From: the human T2T-CHM13v2.0 reference genome, Homo sapiens
Strand: one strand, 5' to 3'
Assembly (NCBI RefSeq): GCF_009914755.1
Contig: NC_060925.1
DNA length: 64,000 nucleotides
Shown here: piece by piece, positions 45,631-60,545 of the stretch
Position numbering within the stretch: the stretch's first letter is position 1
Layout of the letters: the number at the start of each line of letters is the position of its first letter
Program-made: the position numbers and the translations under genes
Notes under the pieces: model-generated
What the model was told of the DNA's origin: nothing
Database searches by the model: none
Seen by the model: the letters and a program-made list of their open reading frames with translations, nothing else

Positions 45631-45864
45631 CTGTACAGGGAGACGCAGTGGCCTGCCGCTGAGCTGGGACCAGGCCAAGCTTGGCAAGTCATCCTCACCC
45701 GGTCTGTGGACCGGGAGGGGACGGGACACGAGGGCTGGGGGTGTCAGCTGACCAGGACATCCTTTGTGAGGGGACAGAATGATGAGTTGGGTGACATTGC
45801 TGAGACTTCAGGCCCTTTGGGAGGAACTTGGGGACCCAGGAGATCCCGGCTCTACAATGCTTCA

Positions 45865-46107
<243 letters not shown>

Positions 46108-47333
46108 TCAGAGGATGGGCAATGGGAAAGAAAGCCAGGAAACAGGGGAGCATTTCCTTATTTTCCAACTGTGTTTAGGAAGTGGGAGCCCAGCTCCCTT
46201 TTAAAAGAAGAGACAATGTTAGGATTAACTGTTGTCTACAAAATGGGTACCCCAAAATAGGCTCTCTCCTTTGGCGCATTCCCTCAGATATGGGATAACC
46301 AGGTCTGGAATCCAGACCTCATTTTCCCTATCAGTATCTTTCTTAGGTTTTGGTCAAGTTAATAGGGGCCCTTGGGCTATATTAATAGAAGTAGTGGGTG
46401 TAGATCAAAGGAGGTGGAAGCCCACTTCCAGAGGCTGGTCCAGAGCTGGAAACCACATTTTCATTGGCACCGTGACTCCCAGAATAGACATAAAACAGAA
46501 CAACCAGGGAGGTCAGATCAAAAGACAAGCATGGCAAGAGCAGCTTGTGAGTGTTGCCTGAGAAAAATCATTTTGGAAAGTCCTACTGGCTTCCTCTTTT
46601 CTTTGATGGGCAGGCTGCGAAAAAGAGATGAAACATTCCCCGCCTGTCTCCAGAGGGCTGAATGAGGACCTGTGGGTGGCTGGTAGAGGCAAGTAGGTTT
46701 GGCTCCTGCTGATGGAGGCACTTTAAAGCACGGTTGCTATAGGCACCAAACAGACCTGCACTGTATCTTGGCACCATCTCTTACCAGTTACATGGACTGG
46801 GGCAACTTACTTAACCTCTCTGAACCTCAGTTTCCTCATCTGAGACTGAGACCATCGGGAGATGCCTATTTCCTATCGGGAAGGAAAGTAAGAGAGCCGT
46901 GCTCTCCAAGCTTTAAATGCATACGAATGTCCCAAGGCTCAGGTTCAGAGCAATGCAAGAGTTAGATTCAGTCAGCCTGGGAGGGGCCTGCGACTCTGCA
47001 TTTTAATCAAGCTCAGCTTCTGCTGGTCAGAGGACCGCACTTTGATTTGGGGTCTAGAGTGTCTGGTGAGGTATATAGCTTCCTACTCCTAGGAGTGTTC
47101 AAGCAGGAGCTGGATGACAATTTCTCAATAAAGTCAAGGGTGTTTCCACCCCGGAAAGCTGTAGGATTCCCTCCAACCTGGAGATACTCTGATTCTCTGA
47201 TCTGAGACCTCAGATAAATGAAGGGGGAAGGAGAAGCCCACTCATACTGAATAAACTGGAGAGTGACTCCCTGTGAGACGGTAGGAAGGGTCTAGGATGG
47301 AGGGCCCAGCACAGAGCCTACAGATTGGACTCA

Positions 47334-47666
<333 letters not shown>

Positions 47667-47920
47667 CTAAATTCCTTTTGATGAGTGCTAACCAAAACAA
47701 AAAAAAAAAGTAAGAACTTTTGGCAGCCTCTCTGGAGTATGAAAAAGCACCCAGGAAACAAAGCCACACTCAGGATGACCAGAATGGGGGACAACCTAAC
47801 TAGAGCCTCCTGCGTCCCCGAGATGAATCCCAGGAGAGGTGGAAACTGGCCAGGAAGGGGCAGGCAGGCTCCCCCATGCCTCAGCTTATCAAAGCCCTCT
47901 CCCTGCCCCGCAGGCCCTCA

Positions 47921-48112
<192 letters not shown>

Positions 48113-49269
48113 TCACCTATCTGCTCCTGCCTGGCCCCTCAGAAGGCTGGCAGTCAGGTGGCAGCAGGGTGTGGACAGATGAGCAAACTGGGGCTGTTGT
48201 CCAATGGTAAGGAGGTCAGATCTTCATGTTCACTGTGTAGCTCAGTGTGAGCTGGGCCTCAGTTTCCCCTCTGTGCTGCAGCCCTCATGGGGTGTTACAA
48301 GCAGGAGCTAAACTTTAGAGAAGAGGGCAAAATCAATCTGATTCAAGTTACTAGAGGGATGCACTGTTCTGACCAAAGCAAGGCAGGGTCAGATGTCACA
48401 GAGGCCTCAAAGAGATTAACTGACTCCACTCTCTGAGGTAACCCCACAGTTGAACCCAACTGGCTGAATTCAACTGCCACCCACTCTGGCTGAGTCACAA
48501 AAGCAGCCCTTAGATTTCACACCTTGTGGATGTGTCGCTGTTGAGTGAAGAATCTCAATGCATCCGAGGTGCATATGCATGACATGTTTGCATTTTTCCA
48601 GTAACTGCTACAACCTGCTCTGTAGATAACCTCCCTCCACCTCTCCAGCTGGGAAGAAGTGTCTCCTCCAGTCACATTCAGCCAGACTACATAACTTCCC
48701 ACTCCTTTGTGTCTAATAACTGTCTCATTTCAGCTAGCTCCCTTCCTTCCTAGAGCAGGCAGTGCAGGGTGGCCTCGGGTTTGGAGTTGAGGTGCAGAGC
48801 TGGGGCGAGGTGGGAATCTCTGCCTGCACACGGTGAGGTGCCGGTCTCCTTTTCACAGGCCATAAGGGCTGCAGGCTGCTGTGACCTCATGGAGCCTTTG
48901 ACACGCTGTGCCAAGAAGGGGCCCTGGGTGTGGGTGTCCCTAGGCCTTGTCTGGTCTCAGTAGAGCATTCCACTGTGGGCCAGGAAGCTCACCTCTCCCA
49001 CCTGGCTCCTGCACGCCCAGCAGGCCTGCAGCCCAGGATCCTCGGTTGCAATCCAAGCTCTAGCTCCTGTGCCCTGGCCAAGCATAGGCCCCTGCGCCCT
49101 ACCTGTGGCAGCGCCCCCCACCCCATCTGGAGCTTTGCTCTGCCTTTCCCTGCATTCCTGCTCATGCTCTGGGAGCGACGAGGGCAAATGTCCGGGAGAA
49201 GATATCTGACCTCTGTCTCTTGCTTCATGGGGATGAGATGGGAGGAAAATGCAGCACTTCACTCAGTGG

Positions 49270-49425
49270 AGGAGCCCAGTGCAAAATAAAGCTGTGGGAC
49301 CACTTGTTCAAAATGATGAATATCTTCAAGGCAGTGACGGCAGAGCATGCAACCAAGCAGGGGACCCTTCTGAGTATAGGACCCTGTGTGGCTGCACAGG
49401 TCACACACCCATGAAGCCAGCCCTG
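49270..49425 (-). mobile_element. MER45A-like DNA transposon (hAT)
   Basis: Reverse strand begins cagggctggcttcatgggtgtgtgacctgtgcag and ends ttttgcactgggc, as I recall for the MER45A consensus. Confidence 0.75.
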
Positions 49426-49502
49426 GCTCCAGTGCACATTAGAACAGAGCAAAGGCTGGACTGGTCAGCGGGGTAGGGGTGGGGGTGGCGGGAGACGCGT
49501 GC

Positions 49503-49594
49503 CTGAAGAGCAGTAGCACAGCTTGTGGGAAGGTCTGGAAGTTGTTGTTCCGGTTTATTTGGGTCCCATCCACCAAGGCGATCTTCCCAAACAT
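49503..49594 (-). CDS. CACNA1S: CACNA1S exon 32 ([31 protein letters not shown]), GC donor
   Basis: 92 nt; frame with exon 33 requires AG|gcacgc. Confidence 0.93.
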
Positions 49595-50086
49595 CTGCAA
49601 GTCACAAAGGGCCCTGACTGTGGAACCTAGATTAAAGTGTCCCCTCAGCTTATCCCCCACTGCCTTCTCCTGCCTGACCCCTACCTTCGCCCCTACTTCC
49701 CCAAAATTCCCTTCATTGCGGGCCACATCAGACCTGAAGCCAAAAAAAACGGGATTATTTTCTAGATCAGGTAAAGTTCTTCTTAGCAAGCCAAAGAAAA
49801 GAGGGAGGGTAGACCCGTTTTCCCAGCAGCAAGCAGACCCGGTAAGTCAATGTGTGGGGGAAGTGCTCTCAGGGGAGGGTAGACAGAGGCCACCCAGGGC
49901 TCCAGTCAGGCCTTAGAGAGACAGCCTGGCCCCTGCTGTCCACCCACATGCCCAGGTTTCTCCTGGCTGGCATCCAAGCATCTGACACTCCAGCCATCCA
50001 CGATCAGGGAGGTTGTCCCTCCTTCTTTCTCACGAGCAAGGCAGGGAGGGCGGAGGGTCCAGCCCGTGTGCTGCTCAGGCTCCTCA

Positions 50087-50575
<489 letters not shown>

Positions 50576-51450
50576 TCAGAGGGGTAAGGGGCAGGGCGGG
50601 GAGGGAGGTGCACTGTGTGTTTTGGGGAGATGTTTGTGGCATGGAGGAACTCCAGCCCCGCCTCTGGCCCCTGCTGTCCACTAGTTCGGGACCATCCTTG
50701 GGCACAGGGCTCTGGGGCTGTTCAGCTGGGAGGCAGGGAAGAGGACGTGGGGCACCAGGCAGCGTGGTGAAGCCCACACTTGGGAGCAGTGGCAGGGATT
50801 TGCCCTGGGGTGTGGCTGCACCCAGGCCCACTGCCTGCCCTCTGGGACCTGGTGCACATCTCACAATCTCCTCAAGCTGCCACTGAGTCGAGGACCTTGG
50901 TGGCCCTCCTAGGGCCCCTCCCCTGGCGTCCTCCCAGTGCAAAGATTTCCCAAAGCTTGGCTGCTCTATTGCCACAAACTCAATGTGGCTACTCCCCATC
51001 ACTCCCACCCTGCACACGGCTGTTCTAAGCCAGGCAAGCCTCTAATCTTGTGCCAGCCTTAGATACACGAAATACTCTGGAAGGGGAGAGCTGCCCCTGC
51101 TCTGCTTCCTGTGTCCTCAAAGGCCTTGTGCCCAATGAACTGTCACTAAGGTCCTTTGCCAGCGATCACAGTTCTCTCTGGACTGTGTTTCCATCTGCAT
51201 AGAGGGTGCCAGAGAGAACCCGCACTCCATCTCCCAGGGCTCTGAGGAAGCCGTTATATCCATGCACACTTGACTGCAGAGCCTCTGCCCCCACCCGAGC
51301 CTAGCCTGGGTCCTCAGCAGGGCCTGCCCTGGGGAGGGAGCCCTGAGTGCTGATCCACCCCATGCAATCCACGCAGCCAGGCCCATGCATGCAAGTGGCA
51401 GGGCAGGAGCTGGTGAGCGTGCCAGGCAGGCTCGTGCAGCCTGAAATTAC

Positions 51451-51507
51451 AACGTTCCCGCAGCCTCCACCCAGGCAATACAGTCCCCCGCTGGAGGCCA
51501 GGAAAGT
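51451..51507 (-). CDS. CACNA1S: CACNA1S exon 29 (57-nt cassette exon, IVS3-S4 linker TFLASSGGLYCLGGGCGNV; skipped in embryonic CaV1.1e)
   Basis: Symmetric phase-0 exon; weak donor GTT|gtaatt. Confidence 0.95.
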
Positions 51508-52265
51508 CTGTGGAGAAAAGAGACGAAGGGAGGGGAAGGAGAGGAGAGAGAGGAGGAGGGACATGTGGGAGGGAGGTGAAGAGACGTGTCAGAAAGGACA
51601 GACACACAGAAGAGTTAAAGAGAAAAAGAGGCAGGGGCTAAAGACCCCACATGGCTGCCAATCAGGGGCGGGGTGGGTGGGAGTGAGGACTGAAGCTCTG
51701 TGGGAACTGTGAGGCAAGAGGTGGGGGACAAGGAAATAAGAAGGGGAGGGAAGGCTGGACACAGACAGATCCCTTCTCATTTTGGAGATGCAGCTACCGG
51801 TGGCAAGGGTTTGGGTTTTTCTTATGTGTTTGGGTTATGTGATGCTGGGGACGTCCCTAATGAAGGCGCATTGGAAAATGCCTGCTCATTGTAAATGGAT
51901 TCACATCCATAGTGCCCTGAGGCCAGGGTCCGGGCCCCTGTGGAAGTCCCATCTCCCAGGGGCACAGCTCCTCTGGGGGAGTCTGAAATCCCCACAGCAG
52001 ATGTTTCTCTGTCCAGGACTGGACCTGGGACCAAGGCTTCTATCTCAGTATTCGGGCTCTTGAAGAGCAGGTGGGTAGGTGTGTGGGAGCAATTTCTTCC
52101 TGTTTACTCCCTTGGGCCACACTTCATGAGAAGCCCTTGTTCTGCAGCCCTGGGTCAAAAGAAGTCATTGTTTTATCTTCCAATTATCCACAGGTAGACT
52201 GATCCCTGGCATACTGGTCTTCTCATTAAACAACAGATTTTCCCTGGGGCAGATTTTCCCTGGAC

Positions 52266-52610
52266 CACTGGTTCTCCACCCTGGCTGTATGTCAGAATCA
52301 CCTGAAGAACTCGAAAAACACATATACCTTTGCTGGGTCTGCACTTAGGTCAATTAAGTCAGCTTCTAGGGGATGGGGCCTGGCTTCAGAAGTTTAAATG
52401 CACCCCAGGTGATTCTCATATGCAAGCAAGGATGACGACCAGTGTTCTATACCTGTGCTATCCAATATGGTAGCCATTAGCCACATGTGACTATTTGAAT
52501 TACAATGAAAATTGAATAAAACCAGAAATTTGGTTCCTCAGTTCCTCTAGCCACCTTTCCAGTGACAAGTAGACATGTGTGGCTAGTGGCTACTCTATTG
52601 GACAGGGCAG
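52266..52610. mobile_element. MER5-like (52266-52444) and MER3-like (52453-52610) hAT-Charlie MITEs
   Basis: agaatcacctg...caggtgattct and ctgtgctatccaatatggtagcca...tggctactctattggacagggcag inverted termini. Confidence 0.7.
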
Positions 52611-52986
52611 ACCATTTCTGTCCTTGCAGAAAGTTCTAACCAATGTGCTCCCCTAGTCCTTTCCCTGGTTTGTACATCAGGTATGTAAATCAATCTTCAC
52701 GTGACTTTAAGCAAACACTACTGGTAAGGGACATCTGCTAAAAATCAAATAAAAACCAGTGACACCCTCCTGGCCTCCACCACCAAAGACACTGTTTTGA
52801 TATATCCAGGCTTCCGCTACACAGACCTCAGATTTTAAGAAGTAACTATTTTTAGTTTGGGCTGTTTATTTTGGCTGTTTAGATTTCTCTGTTCTGGCTG
52901 TGCTGGTGAGAAGTGCTGCTGTCAAACCATGGAGGCTTTTGGGATACTATTTCCCAGCAAAAACTGAGTGTGGATGGAAATACACA

Positions 52987-53033
52987 ACACACACACACAG
53001 ACAGACAGACAGACAGACACACACACACACACA

Positions 53034-53062
<29 letters not shown>
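52987..53062. repeat. Compound (CA)n(CAGA)n(CA)n microsatellite
   Basis: Directly visible. Confidence 0.96.
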
Positions 53063-53064
<2 letters not shown>

Positions 53065-53849
53065 TGGTTTTGCTCAGAGCCCACCCTGCCCCTCGCTAGC
53101 TCAGCGCCCCCAGGGGATCTGAGCAGATGGGGTTGTCTGTCACCGTCTGTTCTGTGCATGGAGGGTGAACAGGGTTCCCACCCTGGCCCTCCCCTAGCAC
53201 ATCAGACAGACGATGTGACAGCCAAGTCCCTACTCCCTGCCAGAGCTCAGCCTCAGCTGAGGGCTCCTTCCTCAGAGACTCCAGACTTTTCCTCAGCCAT
53301 TCCTCTCACCCACACCCCACCTCAGGCATCCCCAGTGCTGATCCTTCCACCCCTATACCCAACTCACCCTAAGGTTCACCCCACAGGCTGGCACAGCCTA
53401 AGGGCTTTCTGTTGAGCAGTGGGCAGTTCAGAAGAAAGCCCTATGCATGGGTGAGCCCCTAGCTTTGGGACCAGTCCCCTGCTGGGATCCCTCGTGGTCA
53501 GATCAGCCAGCACTTGGGTGACATACCACCATGGCTCAGAAAGAAGAATGCTCATCTTTCTCTCTTTTCCACTGTGTCCCTCCCAGGATGCCACTTGGGC
53601 AACTGTTTTTTGATTTTGGCCTCTGACTCTCGGATCTTCTCCACCCTCCTTCGTTGCAGCAACCTTCAGCTACAGACCCTTGGCAAGGCAGCCTCTGGAG
53701 GGATCGGCTTCTAAGGTCTTGAATGTGGACCTCTCTGGCTGGAACTGCCTCCCTGCTCCTTTCATCCCCTTCATAAGGCAGGTCCTGCTGCTGTTTCTCA
53801 TTCCACCTCCAAACCCTCATCCCCTTGGTCCAGATTCTGGGAGCCTTCC

Positions 53850-54550
53850 TGTCAGCTCAACCTTCAAAATAGATCCAGACACTGATCCCTTCTCACAGCC
53901 TCCACAGCCAGCCCCGGCCCCCATCGCCTCTCACCTGGATCACTGCGGGAACCCCCTGACTGCTCTCGCTGGGTCAGCCCTCTTGTCCCCTACAGTTTAG
54001 TTTGTTCGCAACACAGCAGCCACAGTGATTGTTTTAGAACTAAAGTCTGTTCACACTTAAACCCTCCAAAGGGTTCTCATCTCCCTCAGAATAAAATCCA
54101 AGATCATAACCATGGCCTTCAAGGGCCTAGATGATCTGGCCCCTGCCTTCTCTCTCTTACCTCATCTCCACCACTCTCTCCTCCAGCTACAAGGGCCTCC
54201 TGCTCTTCCTCAAACTCAGCAAGCACCATCCTGCTGCAGGGCCTTTGCACTGCTGTCGTGTTCTGCCAACACTCTGGCCCCCGTTCTGGCATGGCTCATG
54301 CCCTTGCTTTCTTCAGGCCTCTGCTCCAGTGTCATATGGACACCACCCTCCCATTCTCTTCCACTCTAAGCCTCTAACTCCCTTTATGTTTCTGTATAAT
54401 ACTATGTACTTGTCATACCTGTCATATTAGAGATTGATTTATTTATTGCCAGTTTGTTCCACAATTTTGTTCACTGCTGTATCTCAGGCAGCAAGAATCA
54501 TGCCTGGCACATGGGAGGTACTCAGTACATATTTGAGAAATAAATGAGTG
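53850..54550. mobile_element. L2 LINE fragment (approximate)
   Basis: L2-like cagaataaaatccaag...catggccttcaagggcc...tgcctggcacatgggaggtactcagtacatatttg. Confidence 0.6.
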
Positions 54551-54637
54551 AGTCTTCTAACTGGGTCTCTTAATTTTAGTCATCCTCACTTCCTGTTGCT
54601 CATCTCCAGGTTAGCTTTTTAGAAGCAGGGCTCTAAG

Positions 54638-54755
54638 GGCTCAGCGCGGTGGCTCACACCTGTAATCCCAGCACTTTGGGAGGCTGAGGCAGGTGGATCA
54701 CTTGAGCCCAGGACTTGGAGACCAGCCTGGGCAACACGAGGAGACCCCATCTCTA
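54638..54755 (+). mobile_element. Alu left monomer (FLAM-like)
   Basis: gcgcggtggctcacacctgtaatcccagcactttgggagg...gagaccccatctct. Confidence 0.85.
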
Positions 54756-55241
54756 TATTTCAAAAACATATTTTTAAAAAAGAAGTAGGACTCTAATCCT
54801 CCCACTGCCCTGTTTAAAAACCTTTAGTGACTTCCCACTGCCTGCTCCATAAAGCTGAAGCCCACTCTCACCGCTTAGCTCTCTAGCCTTGCCCTCTCTG
54901 TTCTCTTCTCTGCATGTTCTTATGCTTCCAATAAACTGGACCACTCAGCATGCCCTGAACCTTCTTTGCATTTCCTGCGCTGTGCCTCTCCTACAGTAGC
55001 CCTGCCTGAGGTGCTTGCTCTCCTCTCCAGCTCCAGTCACCACCTCCCTTTCCTTCAGGCAGATGGCACCACCTCCATGAAGCCTTCTCTGACCACCCCA
55101 CCCAGAGACGACTTTCCTTTCCGTTACAGCTCTTGCCTTTGATAGTGTAGTAGGTACACCCATTGTGTCCCCCTGGTATCTGAGTTACCTCTCTGCCCAG
55201 CAGGATGATAGTTCCTTGAGGGCAGAAGCCGTGACTTGTCA

Positions 55242-55643
<402 letters not shown>

Positions 55644-55770
55644 TTAGTTCCCTTCCTCCAGAGCAGAAAGTAGTGGTGGGGGGGAGGGGAGAATTGTTGG
55701 GAACTCAGGATTTGGGGTCCTGGTCCAGATAGAGATCTCTTTCATCCCCTGAACCCCACTGAACATCCTA

Positions 55771-56283
<513 letters not shown>

Positions 56284-57587
56284 TCAGGGGGGCCGGGTTT
56301 GCCCACCCTGTAGATTGCATTCCCAGAGCCCCTGCCTCTTCCTGGGAAGCCCCCAACCCTTTCTTGGGCCCCCTGCTCACTTTGTTTTAGCTCAGAAAAC
56401 TAGAAGCTGCTTTAGCAATCCCCTGAGTTCCGCCAAATTTTATGAACACCCTCCCCCTACCCCACCACCACAAAAGAGATAACACAGAAGGGGAGGGGCT
56501 CCAATTCCAAGTCCTGCTGAGTGCGTTCATTTACATGCAGGGCTGCAAGGCCAAAGCTCATTTACATATCTGCTTTGGGAGGACCAGGATGGCAGGTCGT
56601 CCAGGCAGGGCTCTGTAACAGGTTCTGTTTAGTCATTTGGGTACAGGACTGGGAAAGAAGACCCCTGGATTCCATAGTCCATGTTATCACTGGCTACTAG
56701 TGGGAAACTGAGAGCTCACCAAGCTTACTGTGTCTGCACACCACCCCCAGTGATTATGAGGCATGATGGTGAGGCCCCTGTCACCTACCACTATGACCCT
56801 CCTTAAATCTACTTCCTTGTAAGTTTTCCCAGGGATCTCTTACCCTTTTATTAGAAAGTGGATGAAATTCTACCTCTTCCACAAAACCTTCCAGGTAGTT
56901 TGGGAGGATCTGATGGCTGCCTCCACCCTGCCCTGCCTTGGCAGGACTGCCCAATTCTGCTGCCTGACTCAGCCCCAAACACAAGCCAGTGCTGATGATC
57001 CTCTGCGACCTGGGCCTCCTGGCTCAGTGATTGTCTTTCCATATCACCATGACCTAGCAGTGTGTGTTCTTATCATTGGGTGTGTCTTGGGCTTCTAGGA
57101 GCAGGGAGCCTAGTTACACCATCCTATTTATACAGGGCTTAAGGAATCAGATGCTTAATCGAGGCTTGATAACGATGCTGCTAATTATGATATTGTCTAT
57201 AAAGGGTGCTCAACTCCCAAGAGAGACATCTGTTTTGCAAATACTAAACCCATTTTTCTCGGGACCAGAGCCAAGATTCCAGCCAACTCAACCATCCAGA
57301 TTTGCAACAGCAGAAGAAAAACAGAGAAAGCACTTTCTACTTCCCACACTTTCTCCTCCTTCTGTGGTAGCTATCTCCTGTTTGCAGAATTACCGTACTA
57401 TTTTTATGCTTGAATTACCTCCTTAATAAACCATAAGTGCCTGGTGACAAGGCCTGTGCGCAGTTCACTTCTGTATTCCATGTAGCACCTCAGCACACAG
57501 TGCACAAGAAATGTCTACTGGGGGGAATCCTGGCTATCCTGCCCTACTCATCCTGCCCTACCCAAGGCCCAGGTCCCAGTCTGATCA

Positions 57588-57797
<210 letters not shown>

Positions 57798-58133
57798 TCA
57801 GCACCAAGAGGCCCCTCCCTCCCTCTCCACACCCACATCCATGGGATTGACGGGCAAGTCAGGAGCAGCTGTGGCCAGGGGCTGTGGCTGAGGACTGTGA
57901 ACTGTTTAGGGGAATAATCCTGTTGGGCTTTGGGTTCCCCTTGAGTTATCACAGCCCATTCCCATGGGTGCTATAGACTAGACTGTGGGTCTGAAGGGCT
58001 TCCTTTCTCTGGGCATCATGAGGTTCCACAAGAAGACCCACTCTACCAACTTGTATTGCTTCAGTTTGGAGATAGGGTAGGGTGCATGGAGGCTAGGGCT
58101 TGGCATCAAATGCAGGTTCTGGGGTCACCCTTA

Positions 58134-58562
<429 letters not shown>

Positions 58563-58899
58563 TTAGGTCGGCGCCAGGAAAGACCAGACCCAATCCTGGA
58601 ATGGCCCTGCCTTTCAAGAGGTTGCCCCATCTATCCCTAATCAATCAGTATTAACAATCTGCCCTGTGGGCAGAGAGGCATACACCTATGGGGGACTGCG
58701 TGCATTTTGTCAGAGACCCCTGGTCAGGCCTACTTTGGAGTGACCAGTCAACATACCATCAAACCATCAGAGAGTTGGTGGGTTTGTTGGACGCCTGCCA
58801 CAGGTAGCAGTAGCACCGTGGGGGCTGCAGAAGGGCAGGCTGGCTGCCTGGTCCTACCTGACCATGTCCATGAGGGACCTAGGCCCCAGCCATCACTCA

Positions 58900-59265
<366 letters not shown>

Positions 59266-59280
59266 TCATCCACCAACACA

Positions 59281-59415
59281 CAGTCCCCTGCCCTGTGATC
59301 GTCCTGCCACACTCCCTGCCCCGTGACCGTAACCCTCCCACAGTGCTCCCTGCCCCGTGACTGTCCCACCATGCTCCCTGCCCCGTGACCGTCCCACTGT
59401 GCTCCCTGCCCCATG
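59281..59415. repeat. Degenerate ~28-bp minisatellite, about 4.5 copies (ctccctgccccgtgaccgtcccacagtg)
   Basis: Repeated ctccctgcccc core visible. Confidence 0.85.
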
Positions 59416-59418
59416 TAC

Positions 59419-59471
59419 CTGCACTCCTCCTCTGTCATCTTGGACAAGTCGGTGCACCTGAAGAACTTCCC
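59419..59471 (-). CDS. CACNA1S: CACNA1S exon 23 (GKFFRCTDLSKMTEEECR)
   Basis: 53 nt, AG/GT boundaries. Confidence 0.95.
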
Positions 59472-60077
59472 CTGCAGCCAGGAAGAGGGAGGGAGGGAGG
59501 GAGGCATGTTGTCATGGAAACAGGATAGAAAAGTGGGCTCTGGGAGTGAACAGTGGAAGGGGGGAGGGAAGGCAGGCATCTGAAAAAAGGAGCCCAAGCC
59601 CATCTCTTCCTCTCAGAGGCGTGAACTCGCCCTTGGGGCAGGGCCCCAGAGCAGCCTCCTTTCTTCACCATCGTTCATTCCCACAGCTCCCCCAGGGCTT
59701 CCCCACCCAGCCTAGATGCTGCCAAGACCGAGAAGGCAGTGCCTCAGAGGGGCATTTACTGAGTGCCCCCTGATGGGCTGAGGGGATGGACATGAGTGCA
59801 GCTTGGCCCCTGCCCCTCCCTCGGGGAGCTGAGCCTCTGAGCCCCTTACCTCCCGCACTGCTGCAGGAGGCCTTCTGTGGTCTCCCATTATGGAACAAGG
59901 AGGAGGGGCTGCCCACCTCCCACCTCCATCCTCCTGCCAGTGGGGCGGGAGCAGCAGAGTTGGAGCCCAGCTGGGCTCTGATGACTCAACTTGTCTCAGA
60001 GTCAAGCGGGGTCCCATGTCCCAGCCCAAGGCCCAGGTAGGGGGGCTCTGTGCTCCTCTGCACTGACTTTGGCCAGA

Positions 60078-60195
60078 GCAGTTAATCCTTTTTTTTTTTT
60101 TTCCAAGGCTTTGCAGATTATTTATTATAGAATTTTTTTTAAATTATACTTTAAGTTTTAGGGTACATGTGCACATTGTGGCAGTTACTCCTTTT
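60078..60195 (-). mobile_element. Severely 5'-truncated young L1 (L1PA2/L1HS-like 3' end) with 3' transduction and TSDs
   Basis: Minus strand reads cacaatgtgcacatgtaccctaaaacttaaagtataat, A8, 30 nt unique sequence, A14; flanked by a 15-bp direct repeat with one mismatch. Confidence 0.85.
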
Positions 60196-60258
60196 ATCTG
60201 TGTCTCAGATTGGGTCCCTGAGCAACATGTTTGAAGGAAAGTAGTGGATGGCTAGGTC

Positions 60259-60545
60259 TTTTTTTTTTTTGTTTGCTCACTCTGTCGCTTAGGCAAGAGT
60301 ACAGTGGTGTGATCTCGGCTCACTGCAATCTCCGCCTCCCCGGTTCAAGCAACTCTCTGGCCTCAGCCTCCTGAGTACCTAGGATTACAGGTATGTGCCA
60401 TCATGCCCAGCTAATTTTTGTATTTTTAGTGAGAAGGGGTTTCACCATGTTGGTCAGGCTGGTTTTGAACTCCCAACCTCAAGTGATCCGCCCGCCTCGG
60501 CTTCCCAAATTGCCGGGATTACAGGCATGAGCCACCGCGTCCAGC
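60259..60545 (-). mobile_element. AluS with 15-bp TSD ggatggctaggtctt
   Basis: Alu consensus; TSD at 60246-60260 and 60547-60561. Confidence 0.93.
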
